This document shows, piece by piece, positions 52,852 through 60,653 of a stretch of 64,000 bases of DNA. The position numbers were made by a program, and so were the translations under genes. The notes under the pieces are model-generated. The model saw only the letters and a list, made by a program, of their open reading frames with translations. It was not told the DNA's origin and ran no database searches. The stretch's first letter is position 1; the number at the start of each line of letters is the position of its first letter. Location of the stretch: positions 124,001 to 188,000 of IMG/VR virus record IMGVR_UViG_3300028654_000384. One strand, given 5' to 3'.

Positions 52852-52867
52852 TCGGTCAGTGAACACC

Positions 52868-52890
52868 ACAACCTACATGGTGTAGGTTGT
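52868..52890. terminator. stem-loop ACAACCTACA-TGG-TGTAGGTTGT
   Basis: Perfect 10-bp stem, intergenic; weak U tract. Confidence 0.45.
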
Positions 52891-52930
52891 TACAGCATAC
52901 AACTAAACCATTCCAAGGAGAGAACAACAC

Positions 52931-53971
52931 ATGTCGAAACGTATCATCACGGTGCTCGCCGCAATCGCGCTGGCATCAGTCACCTCCGCCGCATCGGCCG
53001 AGGACTTCTCGCTCCACGTCGAAGGCGGCCCGGCGCTTCAGCTCCGCGCCCCCAACGGCGACATCGTCGACCACAATCGCTTCAAGTTCGGCGCTAGTGG
53101 TGAGGTCGACGGCCTCATCGCCTTGATCCCCAACCTCGCAGTCGGTCCGACGGTGTCGGCGGTGTTTCTGCCGCAGTCCACCCCCAATACCGAAGGCGCT
53201 GTCATGTGGCAGTTCGACGGCACCGTCCGCCTGCAGGGCGCGCGCTCGGCCGGCTGGTCGCCCTACATTCAAGGTTCGCTCGGCGCTGCGAAACAGGCGG
53301 CGATCTGGAACCCGGGTTTCATGACGCAGGTCGGCGTCGACTTCGCCCTCAATCAGGAGCACTCGTCGTGGCTCGGCCTTTACGTGGGCTGGGACAAAGT
53401 GCTCGACACCTACAACGCCGCTGACAAGCAGACGGCGCTGCTCTCTCGCCAAGACACCAGCGTCGGCACCGCAGGCGTCAGCATGTCGTTCGACTTCCCG
53501 TCGAAGCACGCAAAGCGCACCCTCGGCGTCATCACGGTGCAGGAACCGGCACCCGCCTGCCCGCCCGCTCCCGCTGCCCCTGTCGCAGCGCCCGCTCCCG
53601 CGGCCGACGACGGCACGGCACTGTTGGCACCGTCGGTACAGTTCGACAAGGACAGCTTCGTTGTCAGCGCAGACGCTCAGGCGATGCTGACCGACTTCGC
53701 CTCGCAGTACAATGCTGCTCCCGGTGCGAAGAACTACATGCTGATGGTCGAGGGTTATGCCTCGTCGGAGTGCAGTGCGTGCGAAGTTACGCACAACCTC
53801 GTACTGTCGAATAGCCGCGCCAACGCGGTCGCAGACGTCCTCGTCAACAGTGGCAAGGTCGATCGCACCATGATCCACCCGGTCGCCTTCGGCGGCGTGG
53901 GCGCCCCGAACGATGCGAGCAACCGACGCGTCGACACGATTGTCATTCGCCTCGTGAAGATCCAGAAGTAA
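52931..53971 (+). CDS. OmpA family outer-membrane protein (beta-barrel + Pro/Ala hinge + OmpA_C)
   Basis: Signal peptide; amphipathic strands; VQFDKDS, VEGYAS, NLVLS..RANAV, NRRV; AAGGAG RBS. Confidence 0.9.
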   Translation: MSKRIITVLAAIALASVTSAASAEDFSLHVEGGPALQLRAPNGDIVDHNRFKFGASGEVDGLIALIPNLAVGPTVSAVFLPQSTPNTEGAVMWQFDGTVRLQGARSAGWSPYIQGSLGAAKQAAIWNPGFMTQVGVDFALNQEHSSWLGLYVGWDKVLDTYNAADKQTALLSRQDTSVGTAGVSMSFDFPSKHAKRTLGVITVQEPAPACPPAPAAPVAAPAPAADDGTALLAPSVQFDKDSFVVSADAQAMLTDFASQYNAAPGAKNYMLMVEGYASSECSACEVTHNLVLSNSRANAVADVLVNSGKVDRTMIHPVAFGGVGAPNDASNRRVDTIVIRLVKIQK

Positions 53972-54035
53972 CAGACGTAGACGTCTCGGTGTGCTCGGTC
54001 ATCTCACGGTGGCCGGGCCTTCGCCGTTAAGAAGT

Positions 54036-54287
54036 ATGAACTTCATCAAGCCACCCTCATCACAATGCGCATGGATCAACAAGCTCAAGCAGCCGTCGCC
54101 TCGCCTGTCGCTGTGGGTCAACCTGCTCATCGGGCTCTACACGGGCTGGTGTCTGGCACACTCGCCGCCCCACGTTAATGCGTTGACAATCATCAGGCTG
54201 TTGACACTTTCCTACAACGCGTGGGTCGTGTCGTACTTCGTACAGCACGTCATCGTCAAGACTTTCAAGTCACCCCGCGCCCATTGA
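54036..54287 (+). CDS. small membrane protein
   Basis: Two hydrophobic segments. Confidence 0.55.
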   Translation: MNFIKPPSSQCAWINKLKQPSPRLSLWVNLLIGLYTGWCLAHSPPHVNALTIIRLLTLSYNAWVVSYFVQHVIVKTFKSPRAH

Positions 54288-54291
54288 GCGG

Positions 54292-54321
54292 GTGTAAATT
54301 GGACGCAGCTCGACTTAGGAT
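54292..54321 (+). promoter_or_regulatory. phage promoter GTGTAA-18-TAGGAT
   Basis: Consensus match; AAGGAG RBS follows. Confidence 0.8.
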
Positions 54322-54348
54322 CTAACTCTCTACCCAAGGAGTTCGTTC

Positions 54349-55143
54349 ATGAAGAGTACGTTGATAGGTCTGTGCGTTGCCCTGTGCTGCGTGGGTGTTG
54401 CGACCAACGCCATGGCACAGGACAAGGGTACCAACAGCGCCGACGTCGCGGATCAGGCGTCGACCGTCGTGCACAACGACGTGCAGGTTGCGAACGATCT
54501 GGTGAACCAAGTCGGCACGCAAGAGCCCGTGGTTGCACCGCCAGCAGTTGCACCCGTGGTGCCTGCCCCCGCGACCGTGGCACCCGTCGGCGATCACACC
54601 CACGATCAGTGGTACCATCGGGGCAACTACGAGTACTACTCTCCCACCGAGTACCACCCCGACATCCGCGCCTCACTGCACCCGCACCAGCTCCACGCGG
54701 GCCTGTACCTCGACGCGGGTTTCCCGAGCGGTGCCAGCGCCGGCGTGCTGGTGTCGCCCTGGCTCCCGTGGTTGAAGCTGGGCGTGGGCGGCAACTACAA
54801 CTACGTGGGTGAGGGCCTGTCGGGCCACGTCACCCTCGATCCCTTCCACTTCCCGGTGTCGCTGACGCTGACGGGTGAGGCGGGCGGCTTCTTTCCGTCG
54901 ACGATCCCGGGCATCAAGAACAGCCCGACCGTCGCCTATACCTACGAGAGTGCGTTGCTGGGCCTCGAGCTTGGCTCACAGCGTCACCTGCGTTTCTTCC
55001 TGCGGGGCGGCATCAGCCACGTCGATGCCAGCGTCAGCAACTTCGGCACCGCCTTCACGCTGCCCAACGGCGTCAGCATCGGCGAACCCAACATGAGCCT
55101 CGTCGCTCCCGCGGGTAAATTCGGCATTGATTGGTTGTTCTAA
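54349..55143 (+). CDS. outer-membrane beta-barrel protein, myxobacterial type
   Basis: Signal peptide; LDAGFP.G..PW..L.LG.G..YNYVG..LGLE.GS..FFLRGG; C-terminal aromatic WLF. Confidence 0.7.
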   Translation: MKSTLIGLCVALCCVGVATNAMAQDKGTNSADVADQASTVVHNDVQVANDLVNQVGTQEPVVAPPAVAPVVPAPATVAPVGDHTHDQWYHRGNYEYYSPTEYHPDIRASLHPHQLHAGLYLDAGFPSGASAGVLVSPWLPWLKLGVGGNYNYVGEGLSGHVTLDPFHFPVSLTLTGEAGGFFPSTIPGIKNSPTVAYTYESALLGLELGSQRHLRFFLRGGISHVDASVSNFGTAFTLPNGVSIGEPNMSLVAPAGKFGIDWLF

Positions 55144-55154
55144 AGGAGCATGCG

Positions 55155-55676
55155 ATGAAAACTCTAGGTCTGTTCGCGCTGGTCGCTACGCTGGGTGGCT
55201 GTGTCACCGGCACGCTGTCCGACACCGTCCACGTCACCGAAGACATGCAGTTCGCGGTGCCCGTCATCGGCGGCTTTAGCCCACCCATCTGTGGGTCGGC
55301 CAACGCGCCCGTCTTCACCACGACGCAGGGCACCTCATTCGACATGAGCGACGTGGTGTCGCAGTTGCAGAAGCAGGGCACCCTCGCCGTCGACTTCACT
55401 GACAACGGCATCAGCGGCGACCTGTCGGCATTCAAGCACGCCCGCATCTTCATCAACAACGATGGGTTGCCCCCGGCACTGTTGTCGGAGACCGACTTCG
55501 TGCCCGTCAACGGCCACGTCAACCTGCCCATCCTGCTCGATCACGCGGTGCTCGTTGCCGACGTGGCCCGGGGCAAGGTCAACGTCACCGTCGACTTGAG
55601 CACCTGCATTCCGACCAGCGCCGTCGACGTGCACTACACGATGAACGCTGACTTGGCACTGACCGTCAGCAAGTAG
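55155..55676 (+). CDS. lipoprotein (beta-rich)
   Basis: Lipobox LGGC; AAGGAG RBS. Confidence 0.75.
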   Translation: MKTLGLFALVATLGGCVTGTLSDTVHVTEDMQFAVPVIGGFSPPICGSANAPVFTTTQGTSFDMSDVVSQLQKQGTLAVDFTDNGISGDLSAFKHARIFINNDGLPPALLSETDFVPVNGHVNLPILLDHAVLVADVARGKVNVTVDLSTCIPTSAVDVHYTMNADLALTVSK

Positions 55677-55683
55677 GGGTACC

Positions 55684-55773
55684 ATGTTCATCTTTCTGGC
55701 GATTGTACTAGTAGTCATCGTAGCGTGTTTCCTTCTTGATCGACAACCCGGCGAGAACGTGAGACCACCATAA
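55684..55773 (+). CDS. TM micropeptide (29 aa)
   Basis: MFIFLAIVLVVIVACFLL. Confidence 0.45.
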   Translation: MFIFLAIVLVVIVACFLLDRQPGENVRPP

Positions 55774-55791
55774 ACGCCGGCGCGGTGTGCA

Positions 55792-55821
55792 GTGCAAGTC
55801 TCCACCGATCCGTGGTACTGT
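55792..55821 (+). promoter_or_regulatory. phage promoter GTGCAA-18-TACTGT
   Basis: Consensus match + TAGATC. Confidence 0.8.
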
Positions 55822-55841
55822 TAGATCAACAGAGAATACCA

Positions 55842-56303
55842 ATGAACACCAAGATTGCCCTCACCCTTGCATCCCTCGCCCTCATCCACTGCGGGGGTTC
55901 GGCCTTCACCAGTGCAGCATCACAGTCGTCAGGCACCTACAAGGCCGGCAGGTTCACGTACACCTGGGCCATCACGTCGCAGACGCCGCAACAGACCTGC
56001 GTCACCGTCACCAACCCAGCACAATCGCCATCGGAGCAACAGCAAACGACGTGTGTGGCCCACTGGTACGGCTTCGTGCCGGTGAAGGGTGGCACCGTCC
56101 CCGAGGCGGTCGATGAGAGCGGCGACTGTGCGGGACAGGCCTACGCCGATGGCGACCTCGGCGCGAATTGCCCACCAGGCACCCAGTACGTCTATGACTG
56201 CAACGATGGCACTCAACCCGAAGGGGTCGGGGCGTGGACGAAGTTGTGGCCCAGTGCAGTCTCCCACGATCCCAAAGCCGGCGTCTTCTGCATCGCGCCG
56301 TGA
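55842..56303 (+). CDS. Cys-rich lipoprotein
   Basis: ALIHCGGS lipobox-like; six further Cys. Confidence 0.7.
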   Translation: MNTKIALTLASLALIHCGGSAFTSAASQSSGTYKAGRFTYTWAITSQTPQQTCVTVTNPAQSPSEQQQTTCVAHWYGFVPVKGGTVPEAVDESGDCAGQAYADGDLGANCPPGTQYVYDCNDGTQPEGVGAWTKLWPSAVSHDPKAGVFCIAP

Positions 56304-56304
56304 A

Positions 56305-56334
56305 GTGTAAGTTAACACCCAACAGTGATAGGAT
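56305..56334 (+). promoter_or_regulatory. phage promoter GTGTAA-18-TAGGAT (leaderless)
   Basis: CTGATC then ATG 56341. Confidence 0.85.
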
Positions 56335-56340
56335 CTGATC

Positions 56341-56961
56341 ATGGCATACGACGAAGCATTCTTCACCGCCTACCGCGCCTACCTGCAGGAGACCCTCGTC
56401 AGGAAGAACCACAGGCGAGCCTTCGATCACCTCATCGGCCTGATGACCGACGGGCCCATCGATTACGCTCCTCGCGTCGTCGACCTGGGTTGTGGTACCG
56501 GTGAGTTCTACGAGCGGGGTTATCACCGCGACTACGTCGGCATCGATCTCAATCCACGCATTGCCTGGCAGGGCGCCAAGGTGATCAAGGCCTCCAGCGT
56601 CGACGTCGATGCATGGAGCAAGCAGCTACCCTTCGAGCCCAACACCTTCGTCAGCGTGTTCTCGATCGAGCCAATGCGGGGCGCGTACTATCGCTACGAG
56701 CTGTACGATCGCCTGTTCAGGGAGTTGCCGTCGCTGCAGTTCGGCATGTCGGCAGGTTTCTACTATGACAATGAGCGTATGGGCGACCGCAAGGTCAGCG
56801 AGGCGGGTGGCATCGTCAGCTGGCAGACCAACCAACTGTTGGGCAAGGACGGTGATCGCAGCCTGTACAATGAAGAGTGGCTGACGATGCGGACGCCGTC
56901 GCAGATGTTCGGGCCCGACGTCGTCGAGGTCTGGAAGTTCTTCAGTCGAGTGCAGCCGTGA
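56341..56961 (+). CDS. class I SAM-dependent methyltransferase
   Basis: VVDLGCGTGE, YVGIDLN motifs. Confidence 0.85.
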   Translation: MAYDEAFFTAYRAYLQETLVRKNHRRAFDHLIGLMTDGPIDYAPRVVDLGCGTGEFYERGYHRDYVGIDLNPRIAWQGAKVIKASSVDVDAWSKQLPFEPNTFVSVFSIEPMRGAYYRYELYDRLFRELPSLQFGMSAGFYYDNERMGDRKVSEAGGIVSWQTNQLLGKDGDRSLYNEEWLTMRTPSQMFGPDVVEVWKFFSRVQP

Positions 56962-57392
56962 AGCAGTGGTACTTTCCGCTGGCCCGCGTCGAGCAGGATG
57001 ACAACTACGGTTGTGCCATTGCGTCGGTGGCGACGGTCTGCGGCGTCACCTATGGTCGAGCGCGAGCCGAGTTCTTTCCCAAGCGGCGCGACTTCGACGA
57101 CAACCGAACGCTGTGCGTGCGCGGTCACCACATGCTGCGCGTCATTCACAAGTTGGGCTTCAAGGCGCACTTCCACCATGGGACCTACGGGCACTTCAGG
57201 TGCCCGGTGCTGGTGCCCTTCGCGTGGTTCCCGCCCGATCCCAATTGGATCCACTGCGTCGTCTGGGATCCCTTCGGAGAAGAGTACATTGATCCCGGGC
57301 CCGATCACAACGACCCGGCGCCCAACAACAGGTACACCAAGCTGTGGCGCAAGAGCAACTTTCGCGTCATCGTCGTCACCGGCAAGAGGTAG
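56958..57392 (+). CDS. C39-like papain-fold cysteine peptidase
   Basis: Q....GCAIA (Q/C), HCVVWD, YIDPG. Confidence 0.7.
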   Translation: MKQWYFPLARVEQDDNYGCAIASVATVCGVTYGRARAEFFPKRRDFDDNRTLCVRGHHMLRVIHKLGFKAHFHHGTYGHFRCPVLVPFAWFPPDPNWIHCVVWDPFGEEYIDPGPDHNDPAPNNRYTKLWRKSNFRVIVVTGKR

Positions 57393-57397
57393 GTCAC

Positions 57398-57679
57398 ATG
57401 GTCACCAAGAGCATCGCCAAGCGCCTCGACGCAATGCAGAAGCACAAGCAACCCAAGGTGCCCGTCTTCCCGCCGTCGGCACAGACGACCTATGACAAGG
57501 CGCTGTGCATCAGCACCGAAGGTGGGCCCATGGCGTGGGTTGCCTACGGCATCATGAGCCGCATGAGCGTGCTGTATGCAGCTAACACGGATGCCTTCGA
57601 CAATGAGAAGATGATGGCTGCCATGTTGACCATGGTGAACACGCTGTCGGCGTACGTCGATGCCACAACCTCAACATGA
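57398..57679 (+). CDS. hypothetical protein
   Basis: GAGG RBS. Confidence 0.65.
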   Translation: MVTKSIAKRLDAMQKHKQPKVPVFPPSAQTTYDKALCISTEGGPMAWVAYGIMSRMSVLYAANTDAFDNEKMMAAMLTMVNTLSAYVDATTST

Positions 57680-58001
57680 GCTGAAGGGCGGCGGGACACT
57701 ACGTCCTGGCGACTTGATCGAGTGGGTCTATACCGTCGGCAGGGACCTCGTCTATGCTGACGACATGATGTGGTCACCAGAGATGCAGTCGTCGGTGGCG
57801 ATCGGCGGCGTCCACCTGTTGGTCAGTCTCCGCGTCGGCCTTGGACTTGCATGGTGGGAGATGACGTGGTTGCCACTGGGCGACGGCCCGGATCGTATGG
57901 GATTGTGTAGCATCGCCATTGTTCATACGTCTCCTGCACGACCCAGGCGAATGACCGAAGGTGCTCGGGGCCATGGCCAGCCGCGCCGGCGCTACCTATG
58001 A
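57660..58001 (+). CDS. KOW/SH3-like PGxL family protein, WxY/IGGV subfamily
   Basis: RPGDLIEWVY..MWS..IGGVHLL..MTWL; start uncertain. Confidence 0.65.
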   Translation: MPQPQHELKGGGTLRPGDLIEWVYTVGRDLVYADDMMWSPEMQSSVAIGGVHLLVSLRVGLGLAWWEMTWLPLGDGPDRMGLCSIAIVHTSPARPRRMTEGARGHGQPRRRYL

Positions 58002-58049
58002 TAGGGGAAACTACCTTCGTTCGAGTGCATCATCCTAGGGCGGCTCGTG

Positions 58050-58072
58050 GAATTGTACCCGAGGTGTAATCC
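58050..58072. promoter_or_regulatory. 23-bp palindromic operator GAATTGTAC-N5-GTGTAATCC
   Basis: 8 bp upstream of the -35 at 58081. Confidence 0.7.
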
Positions 58073-58080
58073 CGAGACAA

Positions 58081-58110
58081 GTGCAAGTTCACCCCTGACC
58101 ATGGTAGGAT
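58081..58110 (+). promoter_or_regulatory. phage promoter GTGCAA-18-TAGGAT (leaderless)
   Basis: TAGATC then ATG 58117. Confidence 0.85.
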
Positions 58111-58116
58111 TAGATC

Positions 58117-58413
58117 ATGGCAAAGCAGACGGCAAAAGCAACGATCGTCAACGGCATCCACGTCCTCCACACCGACGGCGGACGCAAGACCTACGGCATC
58201 ACCGTCCGGGCGACGGGCACCGAAGCCGACGTCGAGAAAAAAGGCTTCAAGCGCGAGTGGGACCTCAATGCCCGCTACATTCTCGACACCACGTTCGAGC
58301 GTCTTGAGGGACTGTTGGGCCTGTCTCGCCTTGAACACGTTGCCCTCATCGTCGCCGCTCAATCGAAGATGAACGAAGAGGCGGCCGCCGAGGCACAGCG
58401 CTTCACCAAGTAA
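58117..58413 (+). CDS. hypothetical protein (leaderless)
   Basis: Own promoter; high GC3. Confidence 0.75.
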   Translation: MAKQTAKATIVNGIHVLHTDGGRKTYGITVRATGTEADVEKKGFKREWDLNARYILDTTFERLEGLLGLSRLEHVALIVAAQSKMNEEAAAEAQRFTK

Positions 58414-58441
58414 ATCAGGTGCAGGTGATCACGGAGATCGA

Positions 58442-58651
58442 ATGAAACTCATCAAGTGTACACAGACAAACGACGGCCTCATCCACTTCGAGCCCGATGA
58501 TGCCGAAGATCAAGCGTTGCTCGACGAGTGGGAAACGTTGAAAAAGTGCATGTTGACCGGCGATAGGTTACGCGGCAACATGCATGAAGTGCATGTTTAC
58601 GATCAGATGAATGCGCTGCGCGAGAAGATCATGAAGAGGTTGACGCCGTAA
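58442..58651 (+). CDS. hypothetical protein
   Basis: GGAG RBS. Confidence 0.65.
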   Translation: MKLIKCTQTNDGLIHFEPDDAEDQALLDEWETLKKCMLTGDRLRGNMHEVHVYDQMNALREKIMKRLTP

Positions 58652-58680
58652 TTTCATGAAATTCTTGCTACTTATTGGGC

Positions 58681-59619
58681 ATGTTGCGTAGACTCGGCGA
58701 ATTACGTGAATTCATCGCCCTCGAACTGATGTTCGAGGCGTTGAACGTCGGGGCCATGGCAACCCGCGGTGCGAACGGAAAGGGCATCGTCACCGACTCA
58801 AGTCGCTCTGAGGACGGTCATGCATCGCACTTTGTCGCGGTGTCAACGAGCGTCAAAGCAGCGTACAAGATTGCACACGATGCAGAACTACCCAAGGTGC
58901 TCGGAGCCGTTGTTGGCATCGAGAAGTCGCCAGTCAAGGGCAAGCAGGTGTGGCAGTTGAAGACGCTCTATGCTGACAATCCTAGCACGATGATGGTGCT
59001 GTTGGCCACGGCGTTGTCACGCTGGGGCGTCATCGTCCCCGACACAAGCGTCAGTCCTGCCGTGTCCGCCGTCATCAAGCGCTACTACGAGATGTACAAG
59101 GGCGACCCAACACGCGTCAAACAGTGTTTTGACCGCGACATGAGCTTTGAGGAAACGCGTGACTACAAGGAGGCGCCATGGCGCTGGGCCGCATACTTGG
59201 GGCCTGTCCCGGGATTCAACCTTGATGCAGTCATCAAGGCGGGTGATGATGCAGTGGCATCTGCCACCGACCCTACCAACCCACCCGTCAAGGATGAGAA
59301 GCGTACCAGGGCTTGGATCCGCATCGTCGGCGAACAGGGCTTTGGAGCGGCCTTTGCCGATCCTGACAAGACGGGTCGCAAGGCCGTCGAGGCCTCTGAC
59401 TTCAGCGCCATGCTACGCAATGCACGTCATGGATTTGACGATAGTGACAAGTTGCTGTTATCGCTGATGCGTGCGTTGGGAGCGGGCGAGAAGACGCGCG
59501 CTCGTAAGATTGCGCTTGACTGGTACGCCGACAACAAGACACACGTCAACGACCTGTTCAAAGATGATGTAACATGGACCGAACACGGTGTGAACTTGCT
59601 GACCGATCCCGACGCGTGA
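58681..59619 (+). CDS. putative virion/internal head protein
   Basis: MLRRLGELREFIALE N-terminus; CTACTTAT 5 nt upstream; 14-bp palindrome AATTTCATGAAATT at 58650-58663. Confidence 0.7.
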   Translation: MLRRLGELREFIALELMFEALNVGAMATRGANGKGIVTDSSRSEDGHASHFVAVSTSVKAAYKIAHDAELPKVLGAVVGIEKSPVKGKQVWQLKTLYADNPSTMMVLLATALSRWGVIVPDTSVSPAVSAVIKRYYEMYKGDPTRVKQCFDRDMSFEETRDYKEAPWRWAAYLGPVPGFNLDAVIKAGDDAVASATDPTNPPVKDEKRTRAWIRIVGEQGFGAAFADPDKTGRKAVEASDFSAMLRNARHGFDDSDKLLLSLMRALGAGEKTRARKIALDWYADNKTHVNDLFKDDVTWTEHGVNLLTDPDA

Positions 59620-59649
59620 GTGCAAGAACACCCACCACCGGTTTAGGAT
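59620..59649 (+). promoter_or_regulatory. phage promoter GTGCAA-18-TAGGAT (leaderless)
   Basis: ATG 59656 6 nt after -10. Confidence 0.85.
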
Positions 59650-59655
59650 GGAACC

Positions 59656-60606
59656 ATGGATCCCATCGAAGTCCTCGAACTGTGTGCACGTGCTAGCGAC
59701 GAAGGCGCGCCCTCCGACGTCCTCGTCCCGCACGTCTTCACCTCGGGTGACTATGAGGCGATGTGGCGGCGTGACCCCGACAAGGTGCGTCAGATCCTCG
59801 ATCGACTGATGTGCGGTGTTCACGCCGATGACGGCCTCGACCTGTTGATGAAGTCGGGTGCGCTGAACGCCTTGTTGCCAGAGTTGGTGGCGATCAAGGA
59901 CTTGGGCGATGACCCCGCCTCCACGCTGCACAAGGACGTGTGGACGCACACACAGAACGTGGTGATGGGCGTGCCTGCCGTGGTGGAACTGAGGTATTCT
60001 GCGCTCTTCCACGATGTCGGCAAGGCGCTGACCCGCAAGTTCGACGGTCGCAAGGTCACCTTTCACAACCACGACGTCGTCGGCGCACGCCTCGTCCTCA
60101 ACGTCGAGCTACGCCTCGGCCTGTTTGGTGACGACGGTGCACTGTTCTCGACTGTCCGCAGCTTGGTGTTGAACCACCTGCGGCCCGCGGGTTACAAGAA
60201 AACGTGGACCGACTCGGGGGTCAGGCGCCTGCTCGTCGACGTCGGCGGGCTCGAGGGCTTTGAGCGCCTGATGCAGTTGTCACGCGCCGACCTGACGACC
60301 AAGAACCCGACGAAACGCGCCAACTGTGTTCGCCGCGGCGATGAGCTCGAAGCACGGGTGCGGGCAGTGCTCGCGGCTGATGCGGCGCCGAAGCTACCCA
60401 AGGGCACGATGGGCCTCATCATCGAACGTCGGGTGCTGCCCGTGGGCCCCGCGTTGAACCTCGTCCGCGACGGGCTCGAGCAGATGCTGCGGGTGGGCAC
60501 CTTGCCCACGGGCCACGATGCACAGTGGTACGCGACCGAGGGCCTCAGGCTGTTGTTGGCACAGGGCCCGGTGGTGGGCATCCACGATAAATTGGTGAGC
60601 ACCTAG
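59656..60606 (+). CDS. HD-domain phosphohydrolase homologous to the C-terminal half of CCA-adding enzymes; no nucleotidyltransferase head
   Basis: SG.L..LLPEL, HKDVWTHT, ALFHDVGK, FHNH..VGA, LV.NHLRP, WTDSGVRR, L.RAD.T. Confidence 0.85.
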   Translation: MDPIEVLELCARASDEGAPSDVLVPHVFTSGDYEAMWRRDPDKVRQILDRLMCGVHADDGLDLLMKSGALNALLPELVAIKDLGDDPASTLHKDVWTHTQNVVMGVPAVVELRYSALFHDVGKALTRKFDGRKVTFHNHDVVGARLVLNVELRLGLFGDDGALFSTVRSLVLNHLRPAGYKKTWTDSGVRRLLVDVGGLEGFERLMQLSRADLTTKNPTKRANCVRRGDELEARVRAVLAADAAPKLPKGTMGLIIERRVLPVGPALNLVRDGLEQMLRVGTLPTGHDAQWYATEGLRLLLAQGPVVGIHDKLVST

Positions 60607-60616
60607 CGCAGAGACG

Positions 60617-60646
60617 GTGCAAGCCGCCGGTGACATGGCCTAAGAT
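60617..60646 (+). promoter_or_regulatory. phage promoter GTGCAA-18-TAAGAT
   Basis: ATG 60654 7 nt after -10. Confidence 0.75.
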
Positions 60647-60653
60647 GGAGCCC

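Noticed and set aside
52976-53878. 300-aa minus-strand ORF
   Set aside because: Antisense shadow of the high-GC3 OmpA gene
52931-53971. TraB ortholog
   Set aside because: Lacks thrombospondin type-3 repeats, is short, and has no adjacent traA; called generic OmpA
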